64,000 bases of DNA from Oscillospiraceae bacterium (lineage in GTDB: Bacteria; Bacillota; Clostridia; Oscillospirales; CAG-272): positions 82,591-146,590 of the forward strand of contig SVRP01000002.1 in NCBI GenBank assembly GCA_015064735.1, written 5' to 3'. The position numbers and the translations under genes were made by a program. The first letter of the stretch is position 1. Each line of letters opens with the position of its first letter. Of the stretch, positions 33,527-42,263 are shown one piece after another. Below the pieces are notes generated by a model. That model was not told the DNA's origin. It made no database searches and saw only the letters and a list, made by a program, of their open reading frames with translations.

Positions 33527-36316
33527 TCAATCGTTTCCCTTACCCGGCGCGCCGCAGCATTTCTTATATTTTTTTCCAGATCCGCAAGGGCAAAGATCGT
33601 TTCTTCCCACGTTATCTTCTGCCTTTTTTGTAACAGTAACCTTCTTTACATTTTTACTTCCGTTTCCCTCAAATCCCTCGGTCAGGGGCTTAGCAAGCTG
33701 AACTCTCTTAACCTCGGGAGTTGCAATGGTTACTGAAAGGATCATTCTTGTGGTCTTATCGCGAATATCGCTTATCATTGCGTCGAACATGTCAGCACCC
33801 TGAATACGGTATTCATTTACGGGATCTCTCTGAGCATATGCCTGAAGTCTTATGCTGTCCTTAAGGTCATCCATGGCATCGATATGATCCATCCAGTTGC
33901 GGTCAACCGCTTGTAAAAGAACTGCTCTTTCTATCTCGCGGAAGCGTTCCTCACCTATTGTCTTTTCCTTTTCGTGATATATCTTCAAAGCTCTGTCGCA
34001 AAGCTCATCACAAATATCATCGCTCTTTATACGCTTCAATTCGCTTTCACTGTAATTAAAGTCCTCAGGCGTTGTTAAAAGTCCCTTGTACATATCGCGA
34101 AGTCCCGCCAAATCCCAAAGAGTCTTATCGTCTCCGCCAAGACATATATTTACATTATCTGTAATTGTAGCAAGAATCATCTTCTGAATTGTCTCACTGA
34201 TGTTTTCACCGTTAAGAACGTCATTTCTCTGCTTGTAAATAAGATTTCTTTGCTGATTCATAACATCGTCATAAGTAAGAACGTACTTACGGCGCTTGAA
34301 ATTCTGATCCTCTATCTTCTTTTGAGCGGATTCAATAGCATTGGAAAGAATCTTTGCATCAATGGGGGTATCATCCGGCAATCCCATTCTTTCAATAAGT
34401 GTGATAAATCGGTCAGATCCGAAAAGCCTCATAAGATCGTCCTGAAGAGACAGATAAAATCTTGATTCGCCGGGGTCGCCCTGACGTCCCGAACGTCCTC
34501 GGAGCTGGTTATCGATTCGACGGCTTTCATGTCTTTCCGTGCCGAGAATAAACAAACCGCCTGCCGCTCTTACAGCATCCGCTTCGGGTGCTATTTCAAG
34601 CTTGAACTTCTCATAAAGCTCTTTGAATATTTTTCTTGCCTCACGTACGTTTTCATCGTCTATATCGGCGGTTCCGGTTGCCATGGCGATCAAATATTCA
34701 TCGATCTCCATTTTGCGCATTTCCTTTTTCGCCATATGCTCGGGATTTCCGCCAAGCATAATATCTGTTCCTCGACCTGCCATATTTGTAGATATGGTTA
34801 CAGCGCCAAGCTTACCTGCCTGTGCGACGATTTCAGCCTCTTTGTCGTGATATTTTGCATTAAGAACGGTATGAGCGATTCCCTCACGCTTCAGTCTGCG
34901 TGAAAGCTCCTCTGACTTATCTATGGATACCGTTCCCACAAGAACAGGCTGTCCCTTTTTATGACATTCAATTATTTGATTAACAACAGCATCGTATTTT
35001 GCGCTGATAGTCTTGTACACCGCGTCGGGATGATCCTTTCTTATCATGGGCATGTTTGTAGGAATCTCGACAACATCAAGATCGTATATCTCGCGGAATT
35101 CGTTTTCCTCCGTAAGTGCCGTTCCTGTCATACCCGAAAGCTTACTGTACATTCTGAAGTAATTCTGGAACGTAATAGTTGCAAGGGTCTTGTTTTCCTT
35201 TTCAACCTTTACTCCCTCTTTTGCCTCAATTGCCTGATGTAAGCCGTTGGAATATCTGCGCCCGGGCATAAGACGGCCGGTGAAGGTATCAACAATCATA
35301 ACCCCTTTTTCGTTTACAACGTAATCAACGTCTCTCTTCATTACGCCGTGAGCGCGGATTGCTTGATTGATGTGGTGAGACAATTCGGAGTTTTCAGCAT
35401 CGGAAAGATTTTCAACACCGAAGAATGCCTCTGCCTTTTTAGCACCCGCAGGAGTTAGAATGGCATTATTTGCCTTTTCGTCAACGATATAATCTGCCTG
35501 AATATCATCGTAGCTTTCCTTGTTGTCCATTTCCTTGATAACATACTTTTTAAGCTTTCTTGCAAAGCTGTCTGCGCGGTCGTACATATCCGTAGACTTT
35601 TCCCCCGCACCCGAAATGATAAGAGGAGTTCTCGCCTCATCCACAAGAATAGAGTCAACCTCGTCAACAATCGCAAAGTTATGACCTCTTTGAACCATTC
35701 TTTCCTTATATACAACCATGTTATCGCGAAGATAATCAAAGCCATACTCATTATTGGTTCCGTAGGTTATATCAGCCATATATGCCGCTTTTTTCTCCTC
35801 GGGAGATAGACCGTGAACAACAAGACCGGTTGTAAGCCCCATAAACGCATATACTCTGCCCATTTCCTCGCTGTCTCTGCGAGCAAGATAATCATTTACA
35901 GTTACAACGTGAACACCTTTTCCGCTAAGCGCATTTAGATATGCGGGCATAGTAGCAACGAGTGTCTTACCTTCACCCGTCTTCATTTCGGCAATTCTAC
36001 CTTGATGAAGTATAATTCCGCCTATTACCTGAACACGGAAGGGTCTCTTTCCAAGTACTCTGTAATCAGCCTCTCGTATAGCAGCATATGCATCTGCCAT
36101 AATATCGTCAAGTGTTTCCCCATTTGCAAGTCTGTCCTTTAAAATTACAGTGGTACCCGCAAGCTCCTCGTTTGACATTGCCGCGTATTTGGGTGCCAAA
36201 GACTCTATATAATCTACGTATTTTTTTAATTTCTTTAACTGCTTTTCGCTATACGTTCCAAACATCTTTGTACGAAGTCTCCTGTTTTTAAAATTATTCA
36301 TTTTATTATACATCAT
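33527..36316 (-). CDS. secA: Preprotein translocase ATPase SecA
   Basis: DEAD-like motor (MKTGEGKTL, DEVDSILVDEARTPLIISG, TNMAGRGTDI) and a C-terminal zinc finger CPCGSGKKYKKCCG. The start is ambiguous (36316, 36301 or 36265). Confidence 0.97.
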   Translation of the reverse strand: MMYNKMNNFKNRRLRTKMFGTYSEKQLKKLKKYVDYIESLAPKYAAMSNEELAGTTVILKDRLANGETLDDIMADAYAAIREADYRVLGKRPFRVQVIGGIILHQGRIAEMKTGEGKTLVATMPAYLNALSGKGVHVVTVNDYLARRDSEEMGRVYAFMGLTTGLVVHGLSPEEKKAAYMADITYGTNNEYGFDYLRDNMVVYKERMVQRGHNFAIVDEVDSILVDEARTPLIISGAGEKSTDMYDRADSFARKLKKYVIKEMDNKESYDDIQADYIVDEKANNAILTPAGAKKAEAFFGVENLSDAENSELSHHINQAIRAHGVMKRDVDYVVNEKGVMIVDTFTGRLMPGRRYSNGLHQAIEAKEGVKVEKENKTLATITFQNYFRMYSKLSGMTGTALTEENEFREIYDLDVVEIPTNMPMIRKDHPDAVYKTISAKYDAVVNQIIECHKKGQPVLVGTVSIDKSEELSRRLKREGIAHTVLNAKYHDKEAEIVAQAGKLGAVTISTNMAGRGTDIMLGGNPEHMAKKEMRKMEIDEYLIAMATGTADIDDENVREARKIFKELYEKFKLEIAPEADAVRAAGGLFILGTERHESRRIDNQLRGRSGRQGDPGESRFYLSLQDDLMRLFGSDRFITLIERMGLPDDTPIDAKILSNAIESAQKKIEDQNFKRRKYVLTYDDVMNQQRNLIYKQRNDVLNGENISETIQKMILATITDNVNICLGGDDKTLWDLAGLRDMYKGLLTTPEDFNYSESELKRIKSDDICDELCDRALKIYHEKEKTIGEERFREIERAVLLQAVDRNWMDHIDAMDDLKDSIRLQAYAQRDPVNEYRIQGADMFDAMISDIRDKTTRMILSVTIATPEVKRVQLAKPLTEGFEGNGSKNVKKVTVTKKAEDNVGRNDLCPCGSGKKYKKCCGAPGKGND

Positions 36317-36443
36317 TTTAATAATTTTTTCAAGAGATTTATACGATAAGAATATATACTTATTGTAAATTTTTTTACATACACTTGAAAAAATATGTCA
36401 AATATAATATAATTATACTATAAAAATATCAAGGCAGAAAGAT

Positions 36444-36947
36444 ATGAAAAAGATAAATATAGTTTTACATGAACCTGAAATTCCGCAGAATACCGGAAAT
36501 ATAGCGAGAACCTGCGCAGCAACCGGCGCTTCCCTTCACATAATCCGGCCCATGGGATTTGAGATAGACGATAAAAAGCTCAAACGCGCAGGGCTTGATT
36601 ATTGGGATAAGCTTGACATAACGTACTACGACGATATTAACGATTTCTTTACCAAGAATCCTTCGGCAATAAATAATACGTATTATTTTACAACAAAAGC
36701 CCCCAAGGCATATACAGATATAACCTACAGTGATAACGTATTTATTATGTTTGGAAAAGAAACCAAAGGACTTCCCGAAGATCTCCTTTACAGAAACAAG
36801 GACTTCTCTGTAAGAATCCCCATGCGTGATACGATTCGCTCCTTGAATCTTTCAAACTCGGTTGCCATAGCCGTATTTGAAATACTCAGGCAGTGGGATT
36901 TTGAAGGTCTTTGCGAGGAAGGTCAGCTTACAAAATTTACATGGTAA
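36444..36947 (+). CDS. trmL: tRNA (cytidine/uridine-34 2'-O)-methyltransferase, TrmL/SpoU family
   Basis: IVLHEPEIPQNTGNIARTCAATGASLHIIRP and a C-terminal SLNLSNSVAIAVFE knot motif. Confidence 0.85.
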   Translation: MKKINIVLHEPEIPQNTGNIARTCAATGASLHIIRPMGFEIDDKKLKRAGLDYWDKLDITYYDDINDFFTKNPSAINNTYYFTTKAPKAYTDITYSDNVFIMFGKETKGLPEDLLYRNKDFSVRIPMRDTIRSLNLSNSVAIAVFEILRQWDFEGLCEEGQLTKFTW

Positions 36948-36971
36948 AATTTAACGAGGTTAATTGCTTTT

Positions 36972-38039
36972 ATGTGTAAAAAGATTCTCGTAGCAATGAG
37001 CGGAGGTGTTGACAGCACTGTATGCGCATTTGTTTTAAAAGCCAAGGGATATACGGCTGAGGGAATAACCCTGCGTCTTTGGTCCGATTCGGAAAATATT
37101 CCCGATTCTTTTGATACTTCCCCCGATCAAAACTGTACAGATGCGGCAAATGCCGCCCGTCAGTTAAGTATTCCTCACCACTCTGTAGCTCTTGGCGAAA
37201 GCTTCAGAAAATGTGTGGTCAATAAATTCATACAGGATTATATAGACGGCAAAACCCCCAACCCGTGTGTTGAGTGTAATAAGCACATAAAGCTCGGAGA
37301 GCTTATTAAAATTGCAAAATCTCTTGGATTTGATGCCCTTGCAACCGGACATTATGCGAGGATAGAACAGCAATCATCGGGAGAGTTCGTATTAAAAAAG
37401 GCGGTTGATACATCAAAGGATCAATCCTATTTTCTCTGGTCAGTAAAAAAGGAATATCTTCCGTTTATTATTATGCCGTTGGGTACGTATACAAAGCAAG
37501 AGGTCCGAAGCATAGCAGAAGAAAACAGGCTCGAATGCGCACACCGCTCAGACAGTCAGGATATATGCTTTATTCCTGATAACGATTACGTATCATTTAT
37601 AAAAAGCAATACAAATACTGATTTCCCGGAAGGAAATTTCATTTCATCCGACGGCATAGTACTTGGCAGGCATAAAGGAATTATCAATTACACAGTAGGA
37701 CAGCGAAAGGGCTTGGGAATAGCGCTTGGATATCCCGCTTTTGTAGGCAAAAAAAGTGTCTCCGACAATTCGGTTACTCTTTGCTCCGATTCAGAGTTGT
37801 ATTCAGACGTGCTTTATGCCGGCTCTCTTAACTTCCTTTGCGGCGATTTTCCGTCAGCTCCCTTCAGATGTCAGGCAAAGATAAGATACCGTCATTGCCC
37901 GGCAGATGCCATAGCAGAGCCTTTGGATGATGGCAGAATACGCGTTTTATTTGACGTTCCGCAGAGAGCAATCACACCCGGTCAGTCGGTTGTATTATAT
38001 TCGGGAGATACGGTTATCGGCGGAGGAATTATCGAATAA
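36972..38039 (+). CDS. mnmA: tRNA 2-thiouridine(34) synthase MnmA
   Basis: PP-loop VAMSGGVDSTV, NPCVECNKHIK, ATGHYAR and KDQSYFL. Confidence 0.95.
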   Translation: MCKKILVAMSGGVDSTVCAFVLKAKGYTAEGITLRLWSDSENIPDSFDTSPDQNCTDAANAARQLSIPHHSVALGESFRKCVVNKFIQDYIDGKTPNPCVECNKHIKLGELIKIAKSLGFDALATGHYARIEQQSSGEFVLKKAVDTSKDQSYFLWSVKKEYLPFIIMPLGTYTKQEVRSIAEENRLECAHRSDSQDICFIPDNDYVSFIKSNTNTDFPEGNFISSDGIVLGRHKGIINYTVGQRKGLGIALGYPAFVGKKSVSDNSVTLCSDSELYSDVLYAGSLNFLCGDFPSAPFRCQAKIRYRHCPADAIAEPLDDGRIRVLFDVPQRAITPGQSVVLYSGDTVIGGGIIE

Positions 38040-38121
38040 AAAGATTCATTTCAGCGTCTTGATTAACTGCGCACTTTATGTTATAATTATATTTAATAAA
38101 TTTTCTTGAGGAGAAAAAATA

Positions 38122-38886
38122 ATGCTTCCATTATTTTCAAATTTGTTTATTTGGGGATTTGCAGGAAATTATCTTGTATTTAACCCCGATCTGACCAATG
38201 CTGTCAGAGTATTTGCGTTTGTTGCTTCTGTATTCATTATCATTATGTCGTCTTATCTTCTCGGCAGCCTTAATTTCGCAATTATTATTTCGGGAAGACA
38301 GTATAATCAAGATATACGCTCATACGGAAGCAAGAATGCCGGAATGACAAATATGATGCGTACCTACGGCAAAAAAGCCGCTGCACTTACACTTGTAGGC
38401 GATATGCTTAAGGCTGTTGTTTCATGTATCATCGGATACCTGTTACTAGGGCTTTTAGGAGCGCATATTGCAGGTCTGTTTTGTGTTGTGGGACATGTCT
38501 TTCCTTTGTACTACAAGTTTAGGGGGGGAAAGGGTGTTGCTACTGCCGCTATGGTAATATTAATGTGTAACCCCCTTGTTTTTGCAATCCTTCTGCTCAT
38601 TTTCGTACTTATTGTTTTGGGAACAAAATATATTTCTGTCGGTTCTATCATGTGCGTTATGCTCTACCCCATTCTTCTTGACCGCTTTGATAAGTGGATG
38701 TACGGCGGAAGCTACGGTGTTTTGTTTGCAATACTTATAACGATCCTTGTTGTATTTAAGCATTGGTCTAATATAAAACGACTTAAGGAAGGAACAGAAA
38801 ACAAGTTTTCTTTCAAAAAGAGTGTTAAGAAATCAGATATGCAAAATATAGAAGTTAACGAAAACGAGGGTGAAAAGGACGCGTAA
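38122..38886 (+). CDS. plsY: Glycerol-3-phosphate acyltransferase PlsY (long form with N- and C-terminal extensions)
   Basis: GSKNAGMTN, GHVFPLYYKFRGGKGVAT. 254 aa, against about 200 aa for typical PlsY. Confidence 0.88.
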   Translation: MLPLFSNLFIWGFAGNYLVFNPDLTNAVRVFAFVASVFIIIMSSYLLGSLNFAIIISGRQYNQDIRSYGSKNAGMTNMMRTYGKKAAALTLVGDMLKAVVSCIIGYLLLGLLGAHIAGLFCVVGHVFPLYYKFRGGKGVATAAMVILMCNPLVFAILLLIFVLIVLGTKYISVGSIMCVMLYPILLDRFDKWMYGGSYGVLFAILITILVVFKHWSNIKRLKEGTENKFSFKKSVKKSDMQNIEVNENEGEKDA

Positions 38887-40088
38887 TGGACAATGTAAAA
38901 GCAAATTCGCCAATACAGCACATATGCGAGTTGATTTTATTTGCATCTGAAAAAGAAAAGCTAAAAAAAGTCGTTCTTTCAAAATCACGGAATACAAGCA
39001 TTAAAAAAGCTGTTATTTCTACGAAAATATCCTCATGCAAGAGCTTTCTTCAGGTAGAATATTTTCATACAGATAACAAAGTAACGCATAAAAACATAGA
39101 TATTGATGTAAATTCTCTTTCGGTTCTTATGAATCTTTCCTGTGATTTTTCTCAAATAAATCTTTTAACCGCAGACGGAGAATGTGAATACAAGAAATCT
39201 TCCTCCGGCAAGGAAATTGTTTTGGGAGCCGATAAGCTTCAAAAGAAACTTGAACAAAATCCCGATAATACGATTATACCCGATTCTGCAAACAGAAAAA
39301 AGAAATATATTCTTGACGGAAGCGAGGATTTTCTTATTCATCTTGACGTATCCGATAAAAACGGACGCGTCTACGATAAACGTCAGGCAAAATTCCGACA
39401 GATCAACAGATTTCTCGAGCTTGTACGCGACGTGGAGGACAAGCTCCCCGACGGTGAAATAAGGATATGCGATCTCTGCTGCGGAAAAAGCTATCTTTCC
39501 TTTGCGGTATATCACTATTTTGCAAATATCAAGGGCTTCAAGGTATCAATGACCGGTGTCGATCTAAAGCCCGACGTAGTAGAGCGATGCAACAAGACAG
39601 CCCGTGAGCTCAATTTTGAAGGTCTGGAATTTATCTGTATGAACGTAAACGATTATGAGCCTGCTGTTCTGCCGTCTCTCGTTATTTCGCTTCATGCATG
39701 TGATATTGCCACGGATTTCGTACTTAATAAGGCGGCTGAATGGAAGACCGACGTTATTCTTTCAACTCCTTGCTGCCACCACGAGCTTAATCACAGTATA
39801 GACTCCCCCGCTCTTTCGTTTATAACCGATTATTCCATGCTCCGCCAAAAGCTTTGCGATGCGGCGACAGATGCACTTAGACTTTGCAGACTTGAGGCAG
39901 AGGGATACACTACAGTAGCCCTTGAACTTATTGACCCCGATGAAACACCTAAAAATATAATGCTTCGTGCCATACGAAAAAAGAACTTTGATAAAAACTC
40001 CAAGGAAGCAAAGCTTGCAGCACAAAAATATCTTGACGCGAAGAAATTTCTTTGCGGAGAAAATTTCAGCCGAGAGTTACATTTTTGA
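38886..40088 (+). CDS. Class I SAM-dependent methyltransferase with an uncharacterised ~170-aa N-terminal domain
   Basis: Motif I-like ICDLCCGKSYLS and post-I VDLKPDVV. The start codon overlaps the plsY stop (TAATG). Substrate unknown. Confidence 0.7.
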   Translation: MDNVKANSPIQHICELILFASEKEKLKKVVLSKSRNTSIKKAVISTKISSCKSFLQVEYFHTDNKVTHKNIDIDVNSLSVLMNLSCDFSQINLLTADGECEYKKSSSGKEIVLGADKLQKKLEQNPDNTIIPDSANRKKKYILDGSEDFLIHLDVSDKNGRVYDKRQAKFRQINRFLELVRDVEDKLPDGEIRICDLCCGKSYLSFAVYHYFANIKGFKVSMTGVDLKPDVVERCNKTARELNFEGLEFICMNVNDYEPAVLPSLVISLHACDIATDFVLNKAAEWKTDVILSTPCCHHELNHSIDSPALSFITDYSMLRQKLCDAATDALRLCRLEAEGYTTVALELIDPDETPKNIMLRAIRKKNFDKNSKEAKLAAQKYLDAKKFLCGENFSRELHF

Positions 40089-40108
40089 TTTTAAAAAAGG
40101 AGAATAAT

Positions 40109-41365
40109 ATGACATATAATAACGCACAAAAATATATTCTGAATTCTCCTGACTATGTTGAAAGCGTAACTTCCGGAGAAAATCTCAGAGCACTTTGGAA
40201 TGAGCTCGGACATCCCGAGAAAGGTATGAAATATATTCAGCTTACGGGAAGTAACGGAAAATCCGTAACTGCGGAAATGCTCGTTTCCGTATATAAAAAT
40301 ACCGATTATTCTGTTGGTGCGCTCACAACATCTTTGCGTAACGATCTGAGGCAGAATATAATCGTAAACGGTGCGCCACTTTCCTTCGATGATATGGCAG
40401 AGTGTGTAGGAATTATTTATAAGATTGCATCAAAAAAAAGCAAACAAGCATTAGATTCAAAGAGCTTTATTTTAACAAAACAGGAAATATTGCTTACAGC
40501 AGCACTTCTTGCCTTCAAAAAAGCAAAATGCGATCTGTGTCTTATTGAAAGCGATCACAAGCATACAGATCCGACTGTTTTTCTTCCCCCGCCCTTTACC
40601 GTCGCTATATGCGGTGTAATTCCAAGCCAGAACAAAAACGAGATACAGCGAATACGTTCTTATATATCTCATGGGATTGAGGAAATCGTAAGCTCACCGC
40701 AGGATCACGAAGCGTATAATGTAATCTCCAACACCTGCGCAGCCGTAAATTGCCGACTGACGATTCCCGCAAAATCAGAGCTTGAAGTCAAGCAGCTTAG
40801 TCTTAAGGGTAGCGAATTTTCATATCGGGGCTTAGATTACAAGCTTGGAATTTGCGGAAAATTTCAAATAAGTAACGCTATATTCTCCATTGAGCTTTTT
40901 AACAGACTATCCGTCAAGGGTTATCCCGTAACCTATGAACAGATATACAACGGTTTGAAAAATCTTAAGCTTCCGGCAAAATTCGAGGTTCTTTCTATTA
41001 ACCCCACTATAATTGCTGACAGTACTCACTCCGACGTTGCCATATCAACCGTTTGCGAATCCATGTCAGATTTCAGAAATGTACTGGGATCGAAAATAAG
41101 TCTTTGTCTTCCCGATTCCCCTATTGTGAAGGAATACGTAAGAGTGCTGAATGAAAAAAAATACGAAATCGAAAACATTATTGTCTTCGGAGAAAGCCAA
41201 GATACAAACTTAGATTGTATTTACTGTAAAACAACAAAAGATATTATTAAATCAATTTTGGAGCTTATAAAGGGAGACAGTGTCCTTCTAATATCGGGAC
41301 CATCGTCTTTTACACAGAAAATAAGATACGAGCTATTGCTCCGTTTGGGATATCTTCCTCTATAA
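40109..41365 (+). CDS. Mur-ligase family protein, folylpolyglutamate synthase (FolC)-like
   Basis: The N-terminus (YNNAQKYILNS...) and the P-loop-like LTGSNGKSVTAEML resemble FolC (GTNGKGS). Similarity is divergent. Start at ATG 40109 (AAGGAG RBS). Confidence 0.6.
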   Translation: MTYNNAQKYILNSPDYVESVTSGENLRALWNELGHPEKGMKYIQLTGSNGKSVTAEMLVSVYKNTDYSVGALTTSLRNDLRQNIIVNGAPLSFDDMAECVGIIYKIASKKSKQALDSKSFILTKQEILLTAALLAFKKAKCDLCLIESDHKHTDPTVFLPPPFTVAICGVIPSQNKNEIQRIRSYISHGIEEIVSSPQDHEAYNVISNTCAAVNCRLTIPAKSELEVKQLSLKGSEFSYRGLDYKLGICGKFQISNAIFSIELFNRLSVKGYPVTYEQIYNGLKNLKLPAKFEVLSINPTIIADSTHSDVAISTVCESMSDFRNVLGSKISLCLPDSPIVKEYVRVLNEKKYEIENIIVFGESQDTNLDCIYCKTTKDIIKSILELIKGDSVLLISGPSSFTQKIRYELLLRLGYLPL

Positions 41366-41370
41366 TATCG

Positions 41371-41402
41371 AAAAAGCACTCAACATATGATGAGTGCTTT
41401 TT
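41371..41402. terminator. Bidirectional terminator (FolC-like / deacetylase genes)
   Basis: AAAAAGCACTCA pairs with TGAGTGCTTTTT. Confidence 0.7.
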
Positions 41403-41409
41403 CTTTCTT

Positions 41410-42198
41410 TCAGGAACGTGTCAGCTCGTCAAGAGTCCCGAATCTGTATCCCTGACTCTTAAGCGTTCTTATTACGTCCCTCATTATCTTGGCGTTTGTT
41501 GCAGAGGTAGGATGCATAAGAATAACTGCTCCGTTGTGAATATTATCAAATATCTTCTTTTTTGCAAGCTCGGCTTTCGGCTGGTTGTTATTATCCCAGT
41601 CAGCATACGCCAAACTCCAGAAGACAGTCTTATATCCAAGCTCAGAAAGGTATTCCATGCTTCTTTGGCTAAAGCGTCCCTCAGGTGGTCTGAAATATTT
41701 TGACATCTCCCTGCCGGTTGCTTCTCTGTAAACGGAATTCATCTCTTCAAGCTCACACATAAGCTCTTCTTTACTTTCAAATTTCGTTATATCCTTGTGA
41801 GATGCAGTATGATTGGCAACGGTATGTCCGTCTTCTGCCATTCTTATAACAAGCTCTTTATTTTTTATAACGAGATTCTCAAGGATGAAAAATGCCGCAG
41901 ATACCTGTTCTTCCTTAAGAACATTCAATATCTTCTCTATATTTCCGTTTTCATACCCCGCATCAAAGGTAAGATATATTACCTTTTCGCCGTTTGGATC
42001 GGCATGAGCCTTGTCAACGTAGTATCCGTTGTATTTTTCTACAATCGACAACTTGCTATCTGCCACAGGTTGTTTATGCTCTTTGTTTCTCACGCAATAC
42101 CAGCTTATCGATTCATTTTCGGCTGCCGATATTGAGGAGTTAAGGAATACCGCTACGCATAAAATCGCGAAAATTCCAATGAAAATTAATTTTTTCAT
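41410..42198 (-). CDS. Polysaccharide deacetylase (PdaA-like, sporulation-type NodB domain)
   Basis: Signal peptide, WYCVRNKEHKQP, LTFDAGYENGN, HTVANHTASH. Confidence 0.8.
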   Translation of the reverse strand: MKKLIFIGIFAILCVAVFLNSSISAAENESISWYCVRNKEHKQPVADSKLSIVEKYNGYYVDKAHADPNGEKVIYLTFDAGYENGNIEKILNVLKEEQVSAAFFILENLVIKNKELVIRMAEDGHTVANHTASHKDITKFESKEELMCELEEMNSVYREATGREMSKYFRPPEGRFSQRSMEYLSELGYKTVFWSLAYADWDNNNQPKAELAKKKIFDNIHNGAVILMHPTSATNAKIMRDVIRTLKSQGYRFGTLDELTRS

Positions 42199-42263
42199 TG
42201 TTTCACCCCTGCTATTATTATGCCTTAAACAGAAGCATTAAAACATTGAAAAATTTTCTAAAA

